Positions 7,245 through 15,037 of a stretch of 24,293 bases of DNA are shown piece after piece. The notes under the pieces were generated by a model that worked only from the letters and a program-made list of their open reading frames with translations, had not been told where the DNA came from and did no database searches. The number at the start of each line of letters is the position of its first letter. The first letter of the stretch is position 1. The translations under genes and the position numbers were made by a program. Source of the DNA: Candidatus Undinarchaeota archaeon (GTDB lineage Archaea; SpSt-1190); contig CAYVAH010000006.1 of assembly GCA_964449215.1 (NCBI GenBank), forward strand, positions 1 through 24,293. Reading direction: 5' to 3'.

Positions 7245-8120
7245 GTGGACGGGGGATTCATAGACTATCTGGATTTTGAGATAGATGAGCCGGAAAAGTA
7301 CCGGAGGAATGTCAGGCTGTTCGGGGCTGTTTGCGGGGCAAAACAGGTTGCAGAGCATATCTCCGCGGAAGGGGTGGAACTGTTCGATTTTGTGGACTGG
7401 ATGGCGGAGCTCGGTCTGGTCGGTGCGAGCTACCCGCGCGGGACGGACAACTTCTTTGTTTCCAAGCACGCCGGGCTTGTCAACGAGTTCGTCCGGAGGA
7501 TGTCTCTGGGGGAACTGGATGAGGTTGATAAACTTTTTGGCTACAGCAAGAATGCCATTGCATACTACAGGGAAAATCAGGACGACTGGTTCCTTGCGGA
7601 ACTCCGGTCATCAAACATGATGCTGGCACGGTTCTACAAGCCCATGAGTAAAGAGGAAGAAGAGAAATATGCCCTCATGATGGCGGGGAAGCACTATACC
7701 TTCGACCCGCTGGCCTTCGAGGAAGACGCCGAGCTCTGCCAGAAGATAGTGGAAGGCACACTCGAGTTTGCAGATAGGGTCGGGTCCCCTGAACTGAAGG
7801 AGATTGTGGCGGACACCTTTTATGTGAACATGCTTTACAACATATCCACGGATGCCCTCTGTGCGTTTCAGTGGGAGGTCCGGAACTGCTCCAAAGAGGG
7901 GCTTCAGGAGTTCGTGAAGCGGGCAGAGGCGGAACTCACAAAAAGATTCAGGGAAAGGCTGTCCCACTATGCCAGGCTCATGGAGGACTATCTGGCAGCT
8001 CGCGGGTACAGAATCACCATGGACGACGCTGTTGACTATTTCATTTACCAGTATATCATGGCGAGTCTCGAAGTTGAAGTGGACGAGAGGAGGATAGCTT
8101 TAAATAACAAGGAATTTTAG
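7245..8120 (+). CDS. Hypothetical protein, acidic and probably alpha-helical
   Basis: 291-aa ORF filling the gap, TATAAA 26 nt upstream, no recognisable family motif. Confidence 0.75.
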   Translation: MDGGFIDYLDFEIDEPEKYRRNVRLFGAVCGAKQVAEHISAEGVELFDFVDWMAELGLVGASYPRGTDNFFVSKHAGLVNEFVRRMSLGELDEVDKLFGYSKNAIAYYRENQDDWFLAELRSSNMMLARFYKPMSKEEEEKYALMMAGKHYTFDPLAFEEDAELCQKIVEGTLEFADRVGSPELKEIVADTFYVNMLYNISTDALCAFQWEVRNCSKEGLQEFVKRAEAELTKRFRERLSHYARLMEDYLAARGYRITMDDAVDYFIYQYIMASLEVEVDERRIALNNKEF

Positions 8121-8126
8121 AGCTCT

Positions 8127-8336
8127 ATGGCAGAGGTATTCGCTACAGCGCCTTTCAAGAGGTTGTTGAAGTCCGCAGGAAGCAGGGTGGGTGACGATGC
8201 TGCCGAGGCGCTTGCGGAGGTCACGGAGGAAATTGGTTTCCTTTTGATAGAGGAGGCACTTACAGTCGCGGCTGAAAAGAAGCGGAAAACAATCCGCAAG
8301 GAAGACATAATTGAGGCAAAGCGACGCCTATGGTAA
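8127..8336 (+). CDS. Archaeal histone (histone-fold singlet), variant
   Basis: AP..RLLK.AG.RV..DA...LA...EE and RKTI..ED align with HMf-type histones. TTTAAATA 28 nt upstream. Confidence 0.93.
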   Translation: MAEVFATAPFKRLLKSAGSRVGDDAAEALAEVTEEIGFLLIEEALTVAAEKKRKTIRKEDIIEAKRRLW

Positions 8337-9076
8337 TTCCAATCCTTCTGGTTTTTCTGGGCTTCTTTGTAGTTTTTTACTCCTCTGTCATTGACTTCCT
8401 CACCACATATCTCCCCGAGGAGCTTGTGAAATATGCCATCCCCGTCGGGCTCCTTGGCTGGGGGCTCCAAAGTCTGGGTGCCGGCAGCCCGGAAGCCTTC
8501 GTCACTTCCCTGAAGATGACCCTCGTGTCGTTCACCATCGGAGCGGTCCTCTACTACACGAAGCACTGGGCCAGCGGGGACATGTGGCTAATGGGTGCTG
8601 CGTCTGCCCTGCTCTCCCCCGCCCTTGACAGGTTCTGGCCGATGTTTTTTGTCTATTCGGCTTTCTGGGCGGGTGTGCTTGGAACCATCTACTATTTTTA
8701 CTTCTTCTTCAAGTATGGCATATACAGAAAATATATGGGGTTGCTGCTCGTGTTTGTCGGGACAATCCTGGTATTCCTGTCCAATCCAGCAGTGAACCTT
8801 CCATTGCTCGGAGTGGCTTTCATCTTGCTCATAGTTTTCACGAGAAGGGACGTGGAGGCGCTTTTCATTTTTGAAAAGCCGGTTAAGGAGCTGGAAGAGG
8901 ATGACTGGATTCTCGAGGACATAAAACTCGGGAAGGAAACGATAAAGGCTTCAAGGCCGGTTGGGAAGAGAGAAGCGGAGCTTGCCAGGAAATATGGAAA
9001 GGGAAAGGTGAAGGTTCGGGGGGGAGTCCCCATGACCCCTGCCTTTTCGCTGGCTGCAATATCTCTACTGGTATAG
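8330..9076 (+). CDS. A24-family prepilin/prearchaellin peptidase-like membrane protein
   Basis: First Asp in SSVIDFLT..LPE, a GxGD-like ASGD, multiple TM helices, a soluble ELEEDDW domain and terminal GVPMTPAF. Confidence 0.8.
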   Translation: MVIPILLVFLGFFVVFYSSVIDFLTTYLPEELVKYAIPVGLLGWGLQSLGAGSPEAFVTSLKMTLVSFTIGAVLYYTKHWASGDMWLMGAASALLSPALDRFWPMFFVYSAFWAGVLGTIYYFYFFFKYGIYRKYMGLLLVFVGTILVFLSNPAVNLPLLGVAFILLIVFTRRDVEALFIFEKPVKELEEDDWILEDIKLGKETIKASRPVGKREAELARKYGKGKVKVRGGVPMTPAFSLAAISLLV

Positions 9077-9253
9077 CTTGCCAAGAACGAAGTTCACGGC
9101 ATAGAAGATGAATGACAGAGCCACTATGAGGACGAATACCGCAAATGGTCGGGAGTCCCCTGTAATCTTGGCGTAAATTCCAAGAACCACGGCCACCATA
9201 AGCACATGGGTAGCCCGGTCGCCCTTCAGGCTGAATATTTCTCCGAGGTTCAC
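9065..9253 (-). CDS. Small two-TM membrane protein, hypothetical
   Basis: 62 aa with two hydrophobic helices. GTGA overlap with the upstream hydrolase stop. Confidence 0.65.
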   Translation of the reverse strand: MNLGEIFSLKGDRATHVLMVAVVLGIYAKITGDSRPFAVFVLIVALSFIFYAVNFVLGKLYQ

Positions 9254-9876
9254 TGGCTCACCTCCAGGACTTCGCCGGGCTTCAGGACCACAACCTTCTC
9301 GTTTCTCTTTGCCATTTCCATGGGGTCAGCACGAATCTGTTCGAAGGTGTTGTAGTGCATGGGGATAACTATCCTCGGGCTCATCTCCTCCACTAGTTTT
9401 AGTGCCTCATCAATATTCATGGTGAAGTGCCCCCCTATTGGGAGGAGGGCGACATCGGTGTTTATCTTGGCGAGCTCCTTGTTGTAATAGGTATCCCCGG
9501 CATGATAGACCCGGAGACCCTCGAAGTCGAGCAGGTAACCAACGGGAAACTCGGACTGGTGATGGAAAGCGGGTTCCACTCGCAACGAAAACTTGTCATA
9601 ATCGAGCTTGTTCCCGGGGCGGACCTTCACAATCTTTTCGACGAGCTTCCTCTCGACAGGCGGGGGCCCGATTATTTTCGACTTGTTCTTCCTGGCCAGC
9701 ATCTTGACCACAGGGACGTCACAGTGGTCAAAGTGCTCGTGTGTTATGAGTATGAACTGGGGAGTCAGGGTCCTCGGGTCAAGCTCCGAGCCACCACTGA
9801 AATATGGGTCAATCACTATTTCCACACCCTTGTGCCTGAGGCGGAACCCGGCGTGGCCAAGATATTGAATCTCCAT
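9250..9876 (-). CDS. Metallo-beta-lactamase-fold metal-dependent hydrolase (UPF0173-like)
   Basis: YLGHAGF, IDPY, THEHFDH, YHAGDT, LPIGG.FTM, IPMHYNTF. Confidence 0.93.
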   Translation of the reverse strand: MEIQYLGHAGFRLRHKGVEIVIDPYFSGGSELDPRTLTPQFILITHEHFDHCDVPVVKMLARKNKSKIIGPPPVERKLVEKIVKVRPGNKLDYDKFSLRVEPAFHHQSEFPVGYLLDFEGLRVYHAGDTYYNKELAKINTDVALLPIGGHFTMNIDEALKLVEEMSPRIVIPMHYNTFEQIRADPMEMAKRNEKVVVLKPGEVLEVSQ

Positions 9877-9906
9877 GAAAAGGATAGCCTGTTGTTCTAT
9901 TTAGGT

Positions 9907-10965
9907 TTACCGGAGGTACCATAACATCGTGGGGATTATCAGGGAGCCCATCAGGTGGACGCGTTCCGTTCCCAGCAGGCCGGGGAGGAAACCCAGCACA
10001 AATGAGAGCAGGGCTACGGGAAGTGCCTGGCGGTAAAGCAGGAATATACTGATGGTCAGTGCAGCAATCATAATTTCTTTCAGGTGGTTGATGCGGTTAA
10101 CCAGGTTTATTATTGCCCCTCCGAGTAGCAGAACGAAGGCATATGCGAGCAGGGAATTGGGGATCAGTGATGCGAGGTCAAAATATCTTATTTTCTCCAC
10201 AGCTGCCATCCTTCCTTTCCCAAGGTAGATGAGTGATTGAAAGGAGAGCAAGAAGCTTGAGGAAGCTAGGGAACCGGCGGCTGTCAGCCCCCTTGCTCCT
10301 GAACCGAAAAGCAACAGGAGGACCGTATAGACCTGGGCGGGGGTGATGGCAGGGAACAGGGAAATTAGCAACCCCCCTATAAATCCTACGGTCGCTGCCG
10401 GGAACCTCAGCACAGGTTTTGGCTTGGAAACCTCCTGCTCGGGAAGCCTTGATGAAAGAAAAAGACCCGACAACCCGAACATCGCCGAAAAGTGTGCTCC
10501 AAGCACGGCGTTGCTGGTATCTCCAGAGAGTATTGCACAGCCGTAAACACCTGAAATGAGAAACAGCAGGAGGGCAGTCCTCGGGTTCCTCGACCGTAGA
10601 ATCGAAGCTGTGGATGTTGCCACGAGGAATGGAAGGGTGAGCCTCGGGAGGTAACTCTTTATGAGGAGGACATGCCTGTATATGGGGTAGCTCACCAGGA
10701 ACAGGGCCGCTCCCAGCAGGGCTCCACCGGCGAATCGGTTTATGGCTTCCTGCATCTTTCCCCTCTTGACAGCGGCCTGCCCGGGCAAGAGCACAGGAGC
10801 CATCTCCCCTGTCGGGACCATGAGCATGGCAGGTATCACCGAAGAGAATATTGACCCGAGGACCAAAGAGAAGAGTGTCTCCCTCGAAAGAGGAAGCTCC
10901 AGGACCAGATTCGGGTGAAACCCGGGGAGAGCCCCGAGCAACACACCGACCAACAGCCAGATCAA
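9907..10965 (-). CDS. Archaeal TctA-like (tripartite tricarboxylate transporter permease family) membrane protein
   Basis: LPGFHPN, LLPGQ, MFGLS, repeat-2 FPAITPAQ and terminal HLMGSLIIPT; many TM helices. The TTG start overlaps the Sec61beta stop (TTGA). Confidence 0.8.
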   Translation of the reverse strand: MIWLLVGVLLGALPGFHPNLVLELPLSRETLFSLVLGSIFSSVIPAMLMVPTGEMAPVLLPGQAAVKRGKMQEAINRFAGGALLGAALFLVSYPIYRHVLLIKSYLPRLTLPFLVATSTASILRSRNPRTALLLFLISGVYGCAILSGDTSNAVLGAHFSAMFGLSGLFLSSRLPEQEVSKPKPVLRFPAATVGFIGGLLISLFPAITPAQVYTVLLLLFGSGARGLTAAGSLASSSFLLSFQSLIYLGKGRMAAVEKIRYFDLASLIPNSLLAYAFVLLLGGAIINLVNRINHLKEIMIAALTISIFLLYRQALPVALLSFVLGFLPGLLGTERVHLMGSLIIPTMLWYLR

Positions 10966-11114
10966 CCTAATATGTTGAGCAGGAGGAGAAGGACTGAAAC
11001 GACGGCTACGAGGACAACAACATGCCCGGGTTCGAGCTGGAGTTTCCCGAGGGACTCGTCATATCTCAGAAGCCCACCATAGCTCGCGGGCAGAGAAGCC
11101 TTGGGTTTTGCCAT
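10962..11114 (-). CDS. secG: Preprotein translocase subunit Sec61beta (not in the ORF track, 50 aa)
   Basis: My translation: MAKPKASLPASYGGLLRYDESLGKLQLEPGHVVVLVAVVSVLLLLLNILG. It has the GL.RY.E...K..L.P motif followed by a C-terminal TM anchor. Confidence 0.9.
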   Translation of the reverse strand: MAKPKASLPASYGGLLRYDESLGKLQLEPGHVVVLVAVVSVLLLLLNILG

Positions 11115-11135
11115 AGAGGCAATCAACACCGAAAC

Positions 11136-11142
11136 TATATAA
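11136..11142. promoter_or_regulatory. Bidirectional TATA box (TATATAA) between sec61beta and primase
   Basis: Centred at 11139, exactly midway between the start codons at 11114 (-) and 11164 (+). Confidence 0.65.
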
Positions 11143-11163
11143 TTCTTTTTGGTAGGGGATGCT

Positions 11164-12324
11164 GTGGAAAAGGCCGAAGTGGTCGAATACTACTCACGGG
11201 ACGATGTGGCTGAGGAGCTCACCAGGTTCGCCCAGAACCGTGAGGTCGTGGGGCGGTTTGCCGACGGGAAATACTCGTCCCGGCCAGGAACACTGTTCTA
11301 CCCCGGTGACGTGAAGAGGATGGCTTCCACGGGGATTGTGAGTTTCCATGCCAGTGTTGAGCTGTGGGAGAACCCCCTCCAGCTTGAGGACAGCCATCGC
11401 CTCGGCTGGGACTTCTTAATAGACCTCGACTCGGACAATCTGGAGCATAGCAGGAAAGTTGCCTCGGTTCTCGTGGACCTCTTGAAGGCCCACGGTGTCG
11501 GGTCAGTGCATATGAAGTTCTCGGGAAGGGCAGGATTTCACATTTTTATCCCCTGGAAAGCCTTCGATCCGTCACTTGCGAGCAGGTTTCCTGAGGTGCC
11601 ACGTGCAATCGGGCTATACCTTGAGGACCACGTGAGGAGCCTCAGGGACGAGTTGAGCAAAGAAGAGCGGTTTGGAGTGCATATAGACAGTGTTGCCATC
11701 GCGTCACGTCACCTTATGAGGGCGCCGTACTCCCTGAACGAAAAAAGCTGGCTGGTGAGCATACCTGTGGAAGATCCCTGGTTCGATCTGGAGTCCGCCC
11801 GCCCGGAAAACGTGGTGGTCAGACCGTTTGTGCTGGACGCAAACAAGGGGGAGGCGATGAACCTTGTTGAGCTTGCCCTCGAGTTTGTCAAGAAAAGGGA
11901 GGTCAGGCCCCGGGGACCCGTGGAGAGACCGAAGGGGAAAATCCCGGAAGAATTTTTCGCGCCATGCATAAAAAACATACTGAAGGGGCTGTCAGACGGC
12001 AGAAAAAGAGCGGAGTTCATACTCAGGGCATATCTATCAAATATGGGGTGGAGCTGGGATGAAATAGAAGAGCTTATTTTGAAGTGGAACAAAAAGAATC
12101 GACCTCCTCTCAGGGAAAGCTATCTCAAAGGGCAGATAAGGTGGCACCGCAGACAGAAAAAGAAAATACTCCCCCCTAACCATGATAGCCCCGGGTTCTA
12201 CAAGGACATGGGGGTGCTGTCCCCGGAGTGCGCGGGGGTAAAGAATCCCTTGACCTACAGTTTTCGCAGATACCGGGCCCATCTCAAATACAGGAGAAAA
12301 CAGGAGGGTCCACGTGAAGCGTAG
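11164..12324 (+). CDS. priS: DNA primase, fused catalytic PriS domain plus PriL C-terminal domain (DPANN type)
   Basis: AEP motifs WDFLIDLD, KFSGRAGFH and ID..RHLMRAPYSLNEK, followed by PriL-like FAPCI..GL.DGRKR..PPN..VKNP. GTG 11164 preferred on TATA spacing (alternative TTG 11149). Confidence 0.92.
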   Translation: MEKAEVVEYYSRDDVAEELTRFAQNREVVGRFADGKYSSRPGTLFYPGDVKRMASTGIVSFHASVELWENPLQLEDSHRLGWDFLIDLDSDNLEHSRKVASVLVDLLKAHGVGSVHMKFSGRAGFHIFIPWKAFDPSLASRFPEVPRAIGLYLEDHVRSLRDELSKEERFGVHIDSVAIASRHLMRAPYSLNEKSWLVSIPVEDPWFDLESARPENVVVRPFVLDANKGEAMNLVELALEFVKKREVRPRGPVERPKGKIPEEFFAPCIKNILKGLSDGRKRAEFILRAYLSNMGWSWDEIEELILKWNKKNRPPLRESYLKGQIRWHRRQKKKILPPNHDSPGFYKDMGVLSPECAGVKNPLTYSFRRYRAHLKYRRKQEGPREA

Positions 12325-12361
12325 GTGGTCCAATTTTTAAAGAGGGAGCCCTCAATTATAC

Positions 12362-12955
12362 GTGCTCAATTTTGAAGAGCTCCGGGACGTGCAGAGGAAA
12401 GAACGCTCCAGCCCTGGTATCCAGCCCCTGAAGCCCGAGTTCTGGAAGGAAGTAGCGGAATATATGTCCAACAAGATGAAGAAATATCAGGAGCTGAGCA
12501 GGGGTTCCAGCCGCTTCACGGACAAGGTGCTGGCAAAGTTCGAGCGGGAGATGAGGAATGCTGCCAGGGTGGTTGTGGAACTATACGCGCTGAGGGAGAG
12601 AAAAATAATCATGCTTGCCTGGTCCGAAGTTGCCACTGACGAAAAGACGGACACCCGCCCGCTCACCCCTGAAGAAAAGGAATTTTTCTCAAGGATGGTT
12701 GAGGTCATGAAGAATGTGAGACAGGAAGTTCTCGACAGGGCACTGGCAGGGGAAAAATCGGACATGACGCCCCCCAAAGAAGAAAAGGAGCCCGGGAGGG
12801 CGAGTGTCGAGATTCTCGAGGAGGTCAAGGCTTTCATGGGCACGGACCTGAACTTTTACGGTCCCTATTCCGTTGGCGACATTGTAGAGCTCCCGGAAAA
12901 ATACGCAAAGCTTCTCATCGACAAGGGGAAGGCCAGACCGACGGGAAAGGCTTAA
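12362..12955 (+). CDS. GINS complex subunit (Gins15/Gins51 type)
   Basis: LR..QRKER, RERKI..LA, LTPEEKEFF, and a C-terminal B-domain F.GTD...YGPY..GDIV.LP. Lies between primase and L44e as in the conserved archaeal cluster. Confidence 0.9.
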   Translation: MLNFEELRDVQRKERSSPGIQPLKPEFWKEVAEYMSNKMKKYQELSRGSSRFTDKVLAKFEREMRNAARVVVELYALRERKIIMLAWSEVATDEKTDTRPLTPEEKEFFSRMVEVMKNVRQEVLDRALAGEKSDMTPPKEEKEPGRASVEILEEVKAFMGTDLNFYGPYSVGDIVELPEKYAKLLIDKGKARPTGKA

Positions 12956-12979
12956 AAACACCCAAATCGGGCAATAGTT

Positions 12980-13258
12980 ATGAAATTCCCCTCACAGATA
13001 CGGACTCATTGTCCGCACTGTAACGCTCACACCACTCACAAGGTCCAGGTTGTCAAGAGACGGGAGAGGGGATCCTTGAGTGCAGGGCAAAGGCGCTTTG
13101 TCAGAATCATGAAGGGTTACAGGGGGTTCCCCCGCCCGAATGCAAAGGTCGTGAAGCAGACCAAGCATATTGACATCCGGTTGAAGTGCAGCCAGTGCAA
13201 TAAGATGCACACAAAGACCCGGAGCTTGATAGCAAGGAAGTTTGAACTCAAGAGGTGA
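12980..13258 (+). CDS. rpl44e: 50S ribosomal protein L44e
   Basis: CPHCNAHT.H, GY.GFPRP, K.TK..D.RLKC..C.K.H. Confidence 0.97.
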   Translation: MKFPSQIRTHCPHCNAHTTHKVQVVKRRERGSLSAGQRRFVRIMKGYRGFPRPNAKVVKQTKHIDIRLKCSQCNKMHTKTRSLIARKFELKR

Positions 13259-13262
13259 TTCG

Positions 13263-13442
13263 ATGCTCACAACACCAAGGTCCACATTCCTGAAGGTCAA
13301 GTGTCCTCAATGCAAGAACGAACAGATTGTGTTCAACAAGGCTTCAACGGATGCCAGGTGCCTTGTCTGCGGGAAGCAGCTGTTGAAGGCAAGGGGCGGG
13401 AAGGCGGAAATAAAGGCAAAGGTTATTGAGGAACTGGAGTGA
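13263..13442 (+). CDS. rps27e: 30S ribosomal protein S27e
   Basis: PRS.FLKVKCPQC.NEQIVF..C.VCG..L...GGKA. ATG 13263 follows a GAGGTGA SD. Confidence 0.97.
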   Translation: MLTTPRSTFLKVKCPQCKNEQIVFNKASTDARCLVCGKQLLKARGGKAEIKAKVIEELE

Positions 13443-13473
13443 AAGTTAAAAAGCCCCCTGCCAGGTTTTTTTG

Positions 13474-14226
13474 ATGAAAATAAAAAAGAGAGGAACCCCT
13501 GAAGAGGGAGATATTGTACTCGCAACCGTCGTGCGGGTTGCACCACACGCCGCCTTCATTGAACTGGACAATTATGATGGTGTTGAGGGTCTCATACATA
13601 TAAGTGAGATTTCCAAGAGCTGGGTGAAAAACATAAAAACCTTTTTCAGGGACAGGCAGAAGGTTGTCTGCAAGGTCGTTGACGTGAAAAGGCCGGGGTT
13701 CATCCACGCGAGCATCCGCAGGGTGAGTGACTATGACCGGAGGGCGAAATGGGACCAGATAAAACACCAGAGGATGGTCGAGAACATTCTGGAGATGGTT
13801 GCCAAAAAGCTGAAGAAAAAGCCTGAAAAGCTATATGAGGAACTTCTTCCACTCGAGAAGAAGTATGGGGGGCTCTACTTTGCCTTTGAGGAGGCGAAGA
13901 AAAAAGGGAAAAAGCTCTTCGAGGGGATTCCTGGGTCGGAAGTCCTGTGGGAGGTCGTGAACAAGCGAATTTCCCTGCCAACGGTCCGGATCTCCGGAAT
14001 CTTGAGGCTGGAGAGCCGTGCCGGGAACGGAATCGAGCGAATAAAGAAACTGCTTTCCGGGGTTGATGCGGACGTGCTATACCTCGGAGCTCCAAGATAC
14101 CGCCTTTCCGTGAGTGGAATGGACTACAAGGAAGCAGAAAAAAAGCTCGGGGAGATTGTGAAGTCCATACAGAAGAAGGCGGGGAAAACAGAGACGGTCA
14201 GCTTCGAGAGGGAGAAGAAGAAATAG
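13474..14226 (+). CDS. eif2a: Translation initiation factor 2 subunit alpha
   Basis: PEEGDIV S1 domain, EGLIHISEIS..WVKNI, GIERIK, YLGAPRY. Follows rps27e. Confidence 0.96.
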   Translation: MKIKKRGTPEEGDIVLATVVRVAPHAAFIELDNYDGVEGLIHISEISKSWVKNIKTFFRDRQKVVCKVVDVKRPGFIHASIRRVSDYDRRAKWDQIKHQRMVENILEMVAKKLKKKPEKLYEELLPLEKKYGGLYFAFEEAKKKGKKLFEGIPGSEVLWEVVNKRISLPTVRISGILRLESRAGNGIERIKKLLSGVDADVLYLGAPRYRLSVSGMDYKEAEKKLGEIVKSIQKKAGKTETVSFEREKKK

Positions 14227-14734
14227 TTTTCAGCATGCCCTCCACCTTTTCTTCAAGCTGTTTGATGGTTCCGTCGTTTGAAATGACAAAATCCGCCTCT
14301 GCGACCATCCTGTCTATCCCGAGTTCCCGGTCCTTTTCATCGTCCTCCAGGAATTCCTGGATGCTGGAATACCCGTCCCCCCTGTTCAGCGAGCGTTGAT
14401 ACCTGAGCTCAACAGGGGCAACCACCCCAACCAGGTATGCTCCCTTGCTGCGCAGAAACTCTCCCTCCTCATAGGTGTAAACGCTATCAACCACCCAGTC
14501 CCCTCCTCCTTTCATTTTTTCCCAGGCGAGTTTTGCAATGGCTGCTTTCCCCATTTTTTTCCGGAGACTGTCCCCGAGCTTTCTGAGGTTCTCCCGGACA
14601 ACAGGCTTACCTTGCTCCCTCAGCATGTCCCGGAGTATATCGCTCAGCGAGAGCCTTTTGAACCCCCTCCGCTCAAGAAGCTCACAGAGGGTTGTCTCCC
14701 CAGCCGATATTCTTCCTGTTACAGCAATTATCAT
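14198..14734 (-). CDS. Nucleoside/nucleotide kinase-fold protein (dephospho-CoA-kinase-like archaeal family) with Walker A Lys->Glu
   Basis: IIAVTGRISAGETT, LSDILR, RENLR.LG..LR, AP.E.RY.R..RG, ADFVISNDGT. Confidence 0.82.
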   Translation of the reverse strand: MIIAVTGRISAGETTLCELLERRGFKRLSLSDILRDMLREQGKPVVRENLRKLGDSLRKKMGKAAIAKLAWEKMKGGGDWVVDSVYTYEEGEFLRSKGAYLVGVVAPVELRYQRSLNRGDGYSSIQEFLEDDEKDRELGIDRMVAEADFVISNDGTIKQLEEKVEGMLKTISSSPSRS

Positions 14735-15033
14735 CTCATGTCCTCCGGAAGGAGCTTCTTTTGTATGAGTGCAGCCTTTTGAGCTGCAGTATATCTGTAT
14801 ATTATGTCACATTTTTTGTCCGTCTGAATCTCCCAGAGTTTTATGAGCACAAGGTCTCCTTCCCTTATCCAAAGGCGTCGTGAGTACTTTCCGGGAACTC
14901 GACCTATGCGAATCTTACCGTCCTGGCATCGAACATACATCTTGTTGTACCCGAGGCGTTGCTCAATCACGCCAAACAGTTCCCTTTCCCCCGGAACCCG
15001 AACACGCGTCTCCTCACCGACTTTCCTGTCCAA
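14731..15033 (-). CDS. eif1a: Translation initiation factor 1A
   Basis: RVR.P, LG...VRC.DGK.R.GRVPG, WIREGD.V, W..Q..K.DIIYRYT. TTG start with a GGTGA SD. Confidence 0.96.
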   Translation of the reverse strand: MDRKVGEETRVRVPGERELFGVIEQRLGYNKMYVRCQDGKIRIGRVPGKYSRRLWIREGDLVLIKLWEIQTDKKCDIIYRYTAAQKAALIQKKLLPEDMR

Positions 15034-15037
15034 ACAA

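Noticed and set aside
13466..13472. T-tracts after genes (also 1958-1963 and 19730-19740) as terminators
   Set aside because: Plausible archaeal oligo-T terminators, but short and inside downstream promoter regions; they cannot be supported from sequence alone.
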